NCBI GenBank assembly: GCA_002269645.1
Contig: NIVC01001932.1
Coordinates: forward strand, 1-51,163
Length of the DNA stretch: 51,163 bases
Source: Macrostomum lignano
Lineage: Eukaryota
Direction: 5' to 3'
A program made the position numbers and the translations under genes. The notes under the pieces are model-generated. The model did not search any database. It was not told the DNA's origin and saw nothing but the letters and a program-made list of their open reading frames with translations. Shown in pieces: positions 11,501-23,451 of the stretch (its first letter is position 1; each line of letters begins with the position of its first letter).

Positions 11501-14500
11501 ACACGCTAAAAATAGGCTTACTGGACACCCTACTTTAGTTATTTAGTTTGTTAATTTTTTTGTATTTTGGAAATATGTATATAAATAATGTCAGTAAAGT
11601 AGATAATTTTGATTTAATCTATAATATTATTGATGCACTATAAAAACTTGTAACTTTTAGTGCAGTGGATTAGGCCTATATCTATCTTTTCAAGTTTGCT
11701 AAAATGATGTTCTTTTATCTTTATAGCTTTGATATAATTGCCAACCAATTTTGATAAGATATAAGCTAAGATATCTAATAAATTTTCGTTTGTAATCTAA
11801 ACCAAGGAATTCTTTAATGGTATTACAAAGACGATAAAGCAGCCAAGCAAAAAGCCTTTTATAGCAGTTCAGGAATACTCAATGTGAAGGCTTCATAATC
11901 CAATATAGGGTTAAAGGAAGTCTATAAGTTTGTATTCCAATTCATTGCTTATTTTATCTATCAGCCCACAATCCAACTCCATCAATCTTTACCCACCAGA
12001 GTCTGGCTGAAGTGTTTCGCTGCTTTATTTGCATGGAGCGACTCAGAGATGCCAGGCTGTGTCCCCAGTGCTCAAAACTGTGCTGCTCAGTCTGCATTCG
12101 GGTGAGCAAAAGCTGTAAAATCAGTTCAGCTGCAGTGCAAGTTGCTTTCTGCTTTAAACCTTTGATTTAAGCCGTTGCTTCACTTTTGTACTTTTAGCGA
12201 TGGCTGTCTGAACGGCCACAGTGTCCGCATTGCCGGTGAGAATCTGTTTGGACTCTTGCAATGCTTCCTGTGGCTGCCAACCCCAGTCCACCAGGCTTTA
12301 CTGCCACCCTCCCCAGTCCACCAGGCTTCACTGCCAGCCTCCCCAGTCCACCAGGCTTTACTACCACCCTCCCCAGTCTACCAGGCTTCACTGCCAGCCT
12401 CCCCAGTCCACCAGGCTTTACTGCCACCCTCCCCAGTCCACCAGGCTTTACTGCCACCCTCCCCAGTCCACCAGGCTTCACTGCCAGCCTCCCCAGTCCA
12501 CCAGGCTACACTGCCATCCTCCCCAGTCCACCAGGCTTTACTACCACCCTCCCCAGTCCACCAGGCTTCACTGCCAGCCTCCCCAGTCCACCAGGCTACA
12601 CTGCCACCCTCCCCAGTCCACCAGGCTTCACTGCCAGCCTCCCCAGTCCACCAGGCTTTACTGCCACCCTCCCCAGTCCACCAGGCTTTACTACCACCCT
12701 CCCCAGTCCACCAGGCTTTACTGCCACCCTCCCCAGTCCACCAGGCTTCACTGCCACCCTCCCCAGTCCATCAGGCTTTACTGCCAGCCTCCCCAGTCCA
12801 CCAGGCTTTACTACCACCCTCCCCAGTCCACCAGGCTTTACTGCCACCCTCCCCAGTCCACCAGGCTTTACTACCACCCTCCCCAGTCCACCAGGCTTTA
12901 CTGCCACCCTCCCCAGTCCACCAGGCTTCACTGCCAGCCTCCCCAGTCCACCAGGCTTTACTGCCACCCTCCCCAGTCCACCAGGCTTTACTGCCACCCT
13001 CCCCAGTCCACCAGGCTTCACTGCCAGCCTCCCCAGTCCACCAGGCTTTACTGCCACCCTCCCCAGTCCACCAGGCTTTACTACCACCCTCCCCAGTCCA
13101 CCAGGCTTTACTGCCACCCTCCCCAGTCCACCAGGCTTCACTGCCACCCTCCCCAGTCCATCAGGCTTTACTGCCACCCTCCCCAGTCCACCAGGCTTTA
13201 CTGCCACCCTCCCCAGTCCACCAGGCTTTACTGCCACCCTCCCCAGTCCACCAGGCTTCACTGCCACCCTCCCCAGTCCATCAGGCTTTACTGCCAGCCT
13301 TCCCAGTCCACCAGGCTTTACTACCACCCTCCCCAGTTCACCAGGCTTTACTGCCACCCTCCCCAGTCCACCAGGCTTCACTGCCAGCCTCCCCAGTCCA
13401 CCAGGCTTTACTACCACCCTCCCCAGTCCACCAGGCTTTACTGCCACCCTCCCCAGTCCATCAGGCTACACTGCCAGCCTCCCCAGTCCATCAGGCTACA
13501 CTGCCAGCCTCCCCAGTCCACCAGGCTTTACTGCCACCCTCCCCAGTCCACCAGGCTTCACTGCCACCCTCCCCAGTCCACCAGGCTTTACTGCCACCCT
13601 CCCCAGTCCACCAGGCTTCACTGCCAGCCTCCCCAGTCCACCAGGCTTTACTGCCACCCTCCCCAGTCCACCAGGCTTTACTACCACCCTCCCCAGTCCA
13701 CCAGGCTTTACTGCCACCCTCCCCAGTCCACCAGGCTTCACTGCCACCCTCCCCAGTCCATCAGGCTTTACTGCCACCCTCCCCAGTCCACCAGGCTTTA
13801 CTGCCACCCTCCCCAGTCCACCAGGCTTCACTGCCACCCTCCCCAGTCCATCAGGCTTTACTGCCAGCCTTCCCAGTCCACCAGGCTTTACTACCACCCT
13901 CCCCAGTTCACCAGGCTTTACTGCCACCCTCCCCAGTCCACCAGGCTTCACTGCCAGCCTCCCCAGTCCACCAGGCTTTACTACCACCCTCCCCAGTCCA
14001 CCAGGCTTTACTGCCACCCTCCCCAGTCCATCAGGCTACACTGCCAGCCTCCCCAGTCCATCAGGCTACACTGCCAGCCTCCCCAGTCCACCAGGCTTTA
14101 CTGCCACCCTCCCCAGTCCACCAGGCTTCACTGCCACCCTCCCCAGTCCACCAGGCTTTACTGCCACCCTCCCCAGTCCACCAGGCTTCACTGCCACCCT
14201 CCCCAGTCCACCAGGCTACACCGCCACCCTCCCCAGTCCACCAGGCTACACCGCCACCCTCCCCAGTCCACCAGGCTTCACCGCCACCCTCCCCAGTTCT
14301 GTCTGCAGATTCCACAAGCCATTCCCCACTGCTACACACCCGGGTCCGTAGGTCGCCGCTTCACGTCCAGGACCTGATCATCTGCCGCTGGGCAGACGAG
14401 GTAACCAGCCAGCTGGACCAGCTGCAAAGCCAGCAGCAGCAGCAGCAGGTGTCTCAGGGCCGCCAGACTCAGTCTCAACAGGGCTCACCTGGTGATGCTC

Positions 14501-17500
14501 GCAGCAGTGACCGATGCGACAGCCACAAGGAGCGGCTGACGGTGTACTGCCAGACCTGCCAGGTGGCCGTGTGCCACCAGTGCGCCCTGTTCGACGCCAA
14601 GCACGCCGAGCACACCTTCCAGCCGCTGGAGCGGGTCTACGAGCAGCACGTGATGCGCATCCAGGACAAGGTGGACCAGCTCAAACGAAGGAATATGGAG
14701 CTCATCTCCTTCATACAGGAGGTGGTGAGTGACCGACTTTAAAAAGAAATTGATTAATCGATTACTTATCAACCAGTCAGCTTGGCGGTCAATCAATAAA
14801 ATCTAGCTAAGTCGGCAGGCAGCTCACTAGTGACTGGAGCGACTGTTGACTGAGTTGCAGAATCGTAAAAGAGTCGCAGAAAAGTCATCCAAGGGTTTTG
14901 TTGGCGCTGAACTTTCTTCTAACTCAATAGTAATAATAATGATTGATTACACCAATCAATCAATCCCAATTGGGTAGATGTGCAGCCGATAGCAGCTATT
15001 GCGCGGCGCATCTGACCCGTTGAAAACGATACCGTGACAAGAGTCACTAAAAAGTTATTGCAAAAAACTCTCCAGTGAGTCTAGCGCGTCTGGGGCGACT
15101 CTTGTGACTTTTTAACGACTCAAACGCGTCAAATGCGACGGAGAGGTGACTGCTGCATCACAAGCGCGTCACGTGAGTTGTAGAAGCGTAAAAGAGTCGC
15201 GAAATAGTCGCCCAAGAATCGTTGTGCTGGCGCTTAACTTTCCACTAACTCGGTAGGCTAGTTAGTGCAATTTGAGTTCAATAGGCTAAAACTGAGTGAT
15301 TCTAAACGACTCTAAACCATGAGGATGGACAGGCCAAGAGGCGAACAAAGCGCAGCGAGGCGGCAACAGCGCAACGAAGCATTAAAGGGGGGAGCAGCAA
15401 ACGAAGTCCCCACAAGTTACGAGCAATTTTTTTTCCTTTCAAAAAATTGAGCGCAAAGAGTTGCGAGAGCGCAAGGACCGCGCGGCGGCATAAATAGGCA
15501 AGCCACTGATCGCGGCAGAGCAATGGACACATACGAGTACAAGTCGCCAAAAAAGTCGCAGAAGAAGCGCTTATAGCGTCATTTTAAAATCGTTAGTGCA
15601 TCACTTCTGAGTCGCTGAGCATGCATTTTGACTCCGGGGCGCTTCTTGGCCTGGGTACCGTTTTCATCGGGTGAAGGCGGCGTACGGCTGTTCAGTCCAA
15701 GGTCTGGGGGGGGGGGGGGTCGCCACACCCACCCTCAATTACCACACACACCCTAAAGATGCGCTTTTGACGCAACTTTGTGATTCTACAGCGACTCCAG
15801 CACACCCCAGATAGGACTATACGGCCCCAATTGCATTGCTCCAGAGCCGTTTCAGAGTCGCAGGCAATAAAAAGACTCAAATTGACTCTTTAGGAAACTC
15901 TTTGACGACTTTTTGGTGACTTCTCGTCGTTTTAAATTAGTCTAGAGTCACTTCTTCCCTATTCTACCTGTGTTGCCTGCAACGATTCTGGGATGCTTCT
16001 TGGCTTCGGTATCGTTTGCATCGGCTATTCGCATCCACCAGTCGCTCAAGCAAGCAAGCAATCAATCAATAACTCAGTTAACCAACAATAACTCAGTTAA
16101 CCAACCAATAACTCAGTTAACCAACCAATAACTCAGTTAACCAACAATAACTCAGTTAACCAATCAATAACCCAGTTAACCAACAATAACTCAGTTAACC
16201 AACAATAACTCAGTTAACCAACCAATAACTCAGTTAACCAACAATAACTCAGTTAACCAATCAATAACTCAGTTAACCAACAATAACTCAGTTAACCAAC
16301 CAATAACTCAGTTAACCAACCAATAACTCAGTTAACCAACAATAACTCAGTTAACCAATCAATAACTCAGTTAACCAACAATAACTCAGTTAACCAACCA
16401 ATAACTCAGTTAACCAACCAATAACTCAGTTAACCAACAATAACTCAGTTAACCAACAATAACTCAGTTAACCAATCAATAACTCAGTTAACCAACCAAT
16501 AACCCAGTTAACCAATCAATAACTCAGTTAACCAATCAATAACCCAGTTAACCAACCAATAACTCAGTTAACCAGTCAATAACCCAGTTAACCAGTCAAT
16601 AACTCAGTTAACCAATCAATAACTCAGTTCACCAATCAATAACTCAGTTAACCAATCAATAACCCAGTTAACCAATCAATAACCCAGTTAACCAATCAAT
16701 AACTCAGTTAACCAACCAATAACTCAGTTAACCAATCAATAACCCAGTTAACCAACCAATAACCCAGTTAACCAATCAATAACCCAGTTAACCAATCAAT
16801 AACCCAGTTAACCAATCAATAACTCAGTTAACCAATCAATAACTCAGTTAACCAACCAATAACTCAGTTAACCAATCAATAACCCAGTTAACCAACCAAT
16901 AACCCAGTTAACCAATCAATAACTCAGTTAACCAATCAATAACCCAGTTAACCAACCAATAACCCAGTTAACCAATCAATAACCCAGTTAACCAATCAAT
17001 AACCCAGTTAACCAATCAATAACTCAGTTAACCAATCAATAACTCAGTTAACCAATCAATAACTCAGTTAACCAACCAATAACTCAGTTAACCAGTCAAT
17101 AACCCAGTTAACCAGTCAATAACTCAGTTAACCAATCAATAACTCAGTTCACCAATCAATAACTCAGTTAACCAATCAATAACCCAGTTAACCAATCAAT
17201 AACCCAGTTAACCAATCAATAACTCAGTTAACCAATCAATAACTCAGTTAACCAATCAATAACCCAGTTAACCAACCAATAACCCAGTTAACCAATCAAT
17301 AACCCAGTTAACCAATCAATAACCCAGTTAACCAATCAATAACTCAGTTAACCAACCAATAACTCAGTTAACCAATCAATAACCCAGTTAACCAATCAAT
17401 AACTCAGTTCACCAATCAATAACCCAGTTAACCAATCAATAACTCAGTTAACCAATCAATAACTCAGTTAACCAATCAATAACTCAGTTAACCAATCAAT

Positions 17501-19789
17501 AACCCAGTTAACCAATCAATAACTCAGTTCACCAATCAATAACTCAGTTAACCAATCAATAACCCAGTTAACCAATCAATAACTCAGTTAACCAATCAAT
17601 AACCCAGTTAACCAATAAATAATCAATAACTCAGTTAACCAATCAATAACCCAGTTAACCAATCAATAACTCAGTTAACCAACCAATAACCCAGTTAACC
17701 AATCAATAACTCAGTTCACCAACCAATAACCCAGTTCACCAATCAATAACCCAGTTAACCAATCAATAACTCACTTCACCAATCAGTCAGCTACAGAATC
17801 AGCCAATCGCCTAACTTACCAATCAGTCAGTCAATTTGTCATCAGTCACAAAACCGCCATCCCAGGAGAAGAACATGGAGTCTGTCCGGCAGGCCAAAGA
17901 CGAGCGAGTTCGCGAGATTCGCAACGCAGTTGAGCTGATCGTGACGCGGCTGGAGAGCCAGCTCAAGTCCAAGCTGGTCACCCTCATGACTCAGCGCGGC
18001 CACCTGGCTCACGAGGCCGAGGTGCTCGAATCGCTTCTCAACAGCGTGAAATACGAGGTCCGGGTGCTGTCGCGGAGTCAGCTGATCGACCGTTCCGCTG
18101 ACATTCTGGCCATGTTCAACGACTTTAGGCGGTGGGTTCTGTAGACTTGTGTCTGGCTGTGCAGTTGGCTTGTGTCTGGCTGTGGGTGGCTTGTGTCTGG
18201 CTGTGGGTGGCTTGTGTCTGGCTGTGGGTGGCTTGTGTCTGGCTGTGGGTGGCTGTCTGGTTGGCTTGTGTCTGGCTGTGGTTGGCTTGTTTCTGGTTGT
18301 GGGTGGCTTGTGTCTGATTGTGGGTGGCTTGTGTCTGGTTGTGGGTGGCTTGTGTCTGGCTGTGGGTGGCTTGTGTCTGGTTGTGGGTGGCTTGTGTCTG
18401 GCTGTGGGTGGCTTGTGTCTGGTTGTGGGTGGCTTGTGTCTGGCTGTGCGGTTGGCGGTTCCCAGCTTTTACGCCACGAAGCATGTCCCTCTCAGCCTAC
18501 TGACCAGTAGCAGCACAGGGCAGCCTCCCATCGCCTATTCGCACTCGCCCCGCAGGCAGCCCACCAGCAGCCTGGTGACGGCCCCGGTGCCCGCCGAGTT
18601 CCAGTCCGAGATCGTGCCCCCGTATGACGGCAGCGAGTTCCGGCTGGAGCAGTTCAGCCAGCTGCAGCAGCGGGCGGACCCGGTCTACAGCGAGCCTCTG
18701 CGAGTCCACGGCCTCAGCTGGCGGCTCAAAGTCTATCCGGATGGCAACGGAGTCGTGCGCGGCAACTACCTGTCAGTGTTCCTGGAGCTCACCGCCGGCC
18801 TGCCGGAGACCAGCAAGTACGAGTACCGGGTGGAGATGGTACACCAGTCAGCCAGGGACTCCTCCAGGAATATTGTGCGCGAGTTCGCCTCCGACTTTGA
18901 CATTGGCGAGTGCTGGGGCTACAACCGCTTCTTCCGGCTGGATCTGCTCAGCAGCGAGGGATACCTGGACTCTGACTGCCTGCTGCTGCGGTTCCAGGTG
19001 CGGCTGGGTTCTTGTTCGGCAGACAGCCAGTCAGTCAGCCAGTCAGCCAGCCAGTCAGCCAGCCAGTCAGTCAGTCAGTCAGTCAGTCAGTCAGCCAGTC
19101 AGTCAGTCAGTCAGTCAGTCAGTCAGTCAGTCAGTCAGCCAGTCAGCCAGTCAGTCAGTCAGTCAGTCAGTCAGTCAGCTCTCCTTCCCCACCCGCAGGT
19201 GCGCGCCCCGAATTTCTACCAGAAGTGCCGGGACCTGGCGTGGCACGCCGCGCACCTGGAGGCCGAAGCCGCTGTTCAGCGTCGACTCGTCTGCGAGCTG
19301 CGCGACCGCCTCCAGCTGACATCGGCGGCGCCGGCGCCGACCTCCGGCGACATCGACGTTGATATCGACGCGGAGGACGCTGGCAGCGGCGGCGGAGGCC
19401 CCGGCGCGGACTCGCCGCTGCTGCTGGACGGCGCCACTGCGGCGAGCACCGCCGGGTCCTTCGAGCCGGCAGTTGCTGCCGCCTCAGGTGGCGCCGACTG
19501 CAACAATGACGAAGCCGACGACGAAGACGGCGACGACAGTGAAGACGTCGACGGCGCAGCGGCGCCGGCCACCGACGAACTGGAGAAGGACATCGACGAG
19601 GAGGTGCACCTGTGCGACAACGACGTCGAGGCCGATGGCGCCGGCGACGATGTCCATCTCGACAGGCTCGGCGATGCTGCCGCCCGACTTCAGCTGCGAA
19701 GGCCGCTTGATCGTCGGCTCGTAGCTGGCGACGACACGGAGGGAGAATCGGCGAATGCCGAAGAAGGGGACTGCAGGTCCGACAGCTAG
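8548..19789 (+). CDS. TRIM37: E3 ubiquitin ligase TRIM37 (RING - B-box - coiled coil - MATH - acidic tail), about 610-625 aa
   Basis: Exons 8548(or 8593)-8613 (..MAEDGLE), 12000-12101 ([34 protein letters not shown]), 12198-12235 ([13 protein letters not shown]), 14352-14724 (B-box [28 protein letters not shown]), 17866-18131 ([14 protein letters not shown]), 18556-18997 ([50 protein letters not shown]), 19199-19789 (stop TAG). All GT-AG, phases consistent, near-identical to remembered vertebrate TRIM37 motifs. Confidence 0.95.
9133..11532. mobile_element. About 2.4-kb non-autonomous or degenerate TIR DNA transposon in TRIM37 intron 1
   Basis: TIR TAGGGTGTCCAGT (9133-9145) / ACTGGACACCCTA (11520-11532). 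Direct repeat TACTTTAGTTA at 9124-9134 and 11531-11541 overlaps the TIR ends, so the TSD is 7, 9 or 11 bp depending on where the ends are placed. Interior has only short unrecognised ORFs. Confidence 0.75.
12281..14297. repeat. 30-bp minisatellite (about 67 copies) filling TRIM37 intron 3
   Basis: ccccagtccaccaggctttactgccaccct with few variant positions; gives the spurious long ORFs in all three + frames. Confidence 0.97.
14857..16042. mobile_element. Degenerate foldback/MITE-like repeat in TRIM37 intron 4
   Basis: Diverged direct repeats near 14857 and 15177 (gttg.aga..cgtaaaagagtcgc.aaa.agtc..ccaag). Inverted repeats AAACGATACCG 15024-15034 / CGGTATCGTTT 16007-16017, with similar flanking sequence. 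No clear TSD. Confidence 0.4.
16060..17790. repeat. 19-20-bp satellite in TRIM37 intron 4
   Basis: About 85 copies of aataac(t/c)cagttaaccaa(t/c)c. Confidence 0.97.
18146..18447. repeat. 21-bp minisatellite in TRIM37 intron 5
   Basis: About 14 copies of cttgtgtctggctgtgggtgg. Confidence 0.95.
19025..19178. repeat. (CAGT/CAGC)n microsatellite in TRIM37 intron 6
   Basis: Direct reading of the sequence. Confidence 0.95.
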
Positions 19790-20630
19790 CGCAGTCCAAC
19801 TTGGTCCTCCAAAGAGACCGATGCAGCTGCCTGATCAACAGAACCTTCTGTCTCAGTCTAGTCAGAATTCCAGATTTGAGTATCCAGCAGCAACTTGTCA
19901 ATGTGAAATCCATGGAAATCCCATGGCTTTTCCGCGGAAATTCCATGACGCTTTCCCTTTGCGTAAAAGTTTAGCTGCTGAAACTAACGGCCTAGATAAA
20001 CTATTGAATATCGCAGATGATGCTATCAGGTGCAGAGGTTTTTTGATAGGATTTCGTGAAGTCTGTGAGATATTAATTATCAATTTTCGGTTCCAGTGTT
20101 TCGTCCGCACAGTGATAAATTTTTCTTTCGTCAACTTCAAGTTGTTTTTCTTCAGAATAAGTTGCTTACTTGTTTAATAACTTAATTGTTTTTTATCGAA
20201 TACTTTGTCAATTAATAAAAGTGCGGGCACTTTTGTTGAACACTGCACAATGTCAGCATTGCATCTTAAACTTGTCTGTGTATAACTCACCTGGCTAAAC
20301 TTTATTAATTAGACAGTTTTATTGTCAAAGTCAGCCGCTATCCAGCGCACCTTTCAGTCTAAGGTGAAATTTGCTTTCATGGGAAAGTTCGCTGATACGC
20401 TTTCTGCTAGTTTGTGCCTGTGACGTCCCTCACTCTCAGTTTTTACCCCGCATTGGGAGCTGCGGTTTCTGACTCAACCGGCGGCACTTTCCTGACCAGA
20501 GTGTCTGATTTTATAGCTAATCTCTTTTTCCTTTGTCATTTTTTCTGGGCACTGTGTTTTCTCAATGCCGCACTTATTTATTGTCTTTATTTTTAATTAC
20601 GTCATAATATCCTGTGCTCATGGATTTGCC

Positions 20631-21452
20631 TCCACTCCCTGCAGGAATCGCCCTGCAACTCCCTACAGGAATCACCCTGCAACTCCCTGCAGGAATCACC
20701 CTGCAACTCCCTACAGAAATCGCTCCGCAACTCCCTGCAGGAATCGCCCCGCAACTCCCTGCTCTGCCCTGCAACTCGCTACAGGAATCGCCCCGCAACT
20801 CCCTGCTCTGCCCTGCAACTCCCTACAGGAATCTCCCTGCAACTCCCGGCAGAAATCGCCCTGCAACTCCCTACAGGAATCTCCCTGCAACTCCCTGCAG
20901 GAATCGCCCTGCAACTCCCTACAGGAATCTCCCTGCAGCTCCCGGCAGGAATCGCCCTGCAACTCCCTACAGGAATCTCCCTGCAACTCCCTACAGGAAT
21001 CGCCCTGCAACTCCCTACAGGAATCTCCCTGCAACTCCCTACAGGAATCTCCCTGCAACTCCCGGCAGGAATCGCCCTGCAACTCCCTACAGGAATCTCC
21101 CTGCAACTCCCTACAGGAATCTCCCTGCAACTCCCGGCAGGAATCGCCCTGCAACTTCCTACAGGAATCTCCCTGCAACTCCCTACAGGAATCGCCCTGC
21201 AACTCCCTACAGGAATCGCCCTGCAACTCCCTACAGGAATCTCCCTGCAACTCCCTACAGGAATCTCCCTGCAACTCCCTACAGGAATCTCCCTGCAACT
21301 CCCTACAGGAATCTCCCTGCAACTCCCTACAGGAATCTCCCTGCAACTCCCTACAGGAATCGCCCTGCAACTCCCTACAGGAATCGCCCTGCAACTCCCT
21401 ACAGGAATCTCCCTGCAACTCCCTACAGGAATCTCCCTGCAACTCCCTGCCG
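20631..21452. repeat. 24-bp minisatellite downstream of TRIM37
   Basis: About 33 copies of ccctgcaactccctacaggaatc(t/g). Confidence 0.95.
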
Positions 21453-21919
21453 GAATCTGCAATAATTTGTGGGGCCACAGTAATGGAGCTTCTCTGTGTT
21501 GTCTAATTTCTATAAAGTGATTTATTTAGTAATTAGTATCCTTATTATTACTAATTATTTGCTATTTTATATTTATTTGAGTCACTTGCTATTTCATAGC
21601 AATTTTTAATCGAAAACAAAAATTAGTAATAATATTCCTTAGATGGGTGACTGATTGCGGAGCTTCTGAACTACAGGATAAAGTTTTATTTTATGGCTGC
21701 AGAGTTTCTGCCTGCCGTATCATTGCAATGGTTTGAATATAAAATACCGAATGCACTGCGTTGGCAGCTGTTCACTGAAACTGCAGACTTTTTATTTTTT
21801 AATAAAGGTGCAAACTAGAATTTTTGAATTTGCGCCCAAACTCTACGTGCAACATCGCCCAGTTGTTAAATAATCATTTTGCTGCAGACTTTTGCTTGCA
21901 ATTCTTTCTGCTTAGGCTA

Positions 21920-22275
21920 CTTTGCTTGTAGCCCAGTGGTCAGAGCGTCCGAATCACTACTAAAACGTCGGGGGTTCGTTTCTCGACTCACTCGGTACTA
22001 TTTGTGTCCTTGAGCAGGACACTCAACTCTGCATTGCTTCAGTTCACTCAGCTGTAAAATTTGTCCCAGCATCAGCTGGGGTAATTGAGGGTGTGTGGCG
22101 ACCCCCAGTCCTTGGACTCAACAGCCGTACGCAGCCTTCAGGTGCGCCGCGCAATAGCTGCGGCTGAGCTGTCGGTTGCACATCTGGCTCTATTGGGGCA
22201 GGCGTAATCAGTTATTGTAGGCGCAAAGCAGCGAAACTGCTCAAAGTAGTTGATTTAGTTATTGTACTTACATTT
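21920..22275 (+). mobile_element. tRNA-derived SINE with a CORE (MIR-core-like) domain
   Basis: Pol III box A TAGCCCAGTGG (21929-21939) and box B-like GGTTCGTTTCT (21973-21983), followed by tgtgtccttgagcaggacactcaactctgcattgcttcagttcactcagctgtaaaat (22003-22060), which resembles the remembered MIR core TGTGACCTTGGGCAAGTTACTTAACCTCTCTGTGCCTCAGTTTCCTCATCTGTAAAATG. The 3' end is approximate. Confidence 0.75.
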
Positions 22276-23326
22276 ACAAGCAGTGGCGTACATGTACACA
22301 GGAGTTTAAAGTTGAAGGGCCGCAACAAAATGCTAAGGGGTGTCAATCAATATTTTGTGTCCCCGCGTCCAAGAAGTGACAAGAGTTGAGCAAACAGCTG
22401 CCATTTGTCCATCTTGGTTGCCTCTCGTGGTAACTCTTGGTACACCAACTGTCAACGAGTACTTTTTACACATGTTTAGTTCAAGACCGGATCTACAACT
22501 GGAATGGCGTGGCATTTACATTTTGTTCTGGTCCGGATGGAGAGACTTTACCTTTGCAGTCCACGGCCGCTTCATTTTTCATTTCGCATTTCGCGGGCAA
22601 GGAGAGGCCGCCGCCCATGCAGTCTTTTCTCCCCATCCTGTTGGTCCCGCAGTAGCGCCCGCCTGTCTGGACTTGAACATTTTAAGTGCCGGCGGTGGCT
22701 GGTCCAGCCTGTACACAGGGGAAAAACAACTTACATGTAAAACGCGCAGGCCGTCCGTCGGTATAAAGCTGCGCGGCACTTTAGTGGGGTTTCAATCCAC
22801 TGTTCGAATTTGCTTTCAATTTCTTAAATCCAGCTGGGCCAACTGCGAGCACTGCAGATCTTTGCGTATCGAGTGCACGCGCACTTTTGACGCCCTTTTA
22901 CTTCAGAAAGTCGTGCAGCATCTGGTATTTACGCTAGTATTAACTACGAGTATTTTAACATCGTGAGCAATGAGTCGATCTCAAACTTATGAAAGGTAAG
23001 CTGGCTAAACTTACCCGTATTTGCTGGACAAATACTTTTTTAAGTAAAAGTCAGTCATGGGAACAAGGATCTGCTACCTGTGGTAGGGCACAGGGGTCTG
23101 GATGCCCACAAGATATGACAGACAGATGACGATAGTATTTTGGTTTGATTTTGGTCTGTTCTTTACCCAGTTTGCAAAATCCAGCACGTCATCTATTGTA
23201 TTATTTATCCATTGTATATTGTATAAGTGAATTTTAGATAAACCATGCAAATTCTGAATATCCAGTTAAATGCGCATATCATTCTACTTTAGGCAGCATC
23301 ATTGAGAGTTTTGCTAGATTAGTTAA

Positions 23327-23451
<125 letters not shown>

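Noticed and set aside
12175-14742. 855-, 718- and 696-aa Pro-rich ORFs
   Set aside because: Translations of a stop-free 30-bp intronic minisatellite; only 14352-14724 is a real TRIM37 exon.
20565-21506. Cys/Gln-rich repeat ORFs on both strands
   Set aside because: All frames are open because of a 24-bp tandem repeat; no unique coding sequence.
22284-22940. CAGTGGCGTA, a hAT-like terminus
   Set aside because: No matching inverted end or TSD found.
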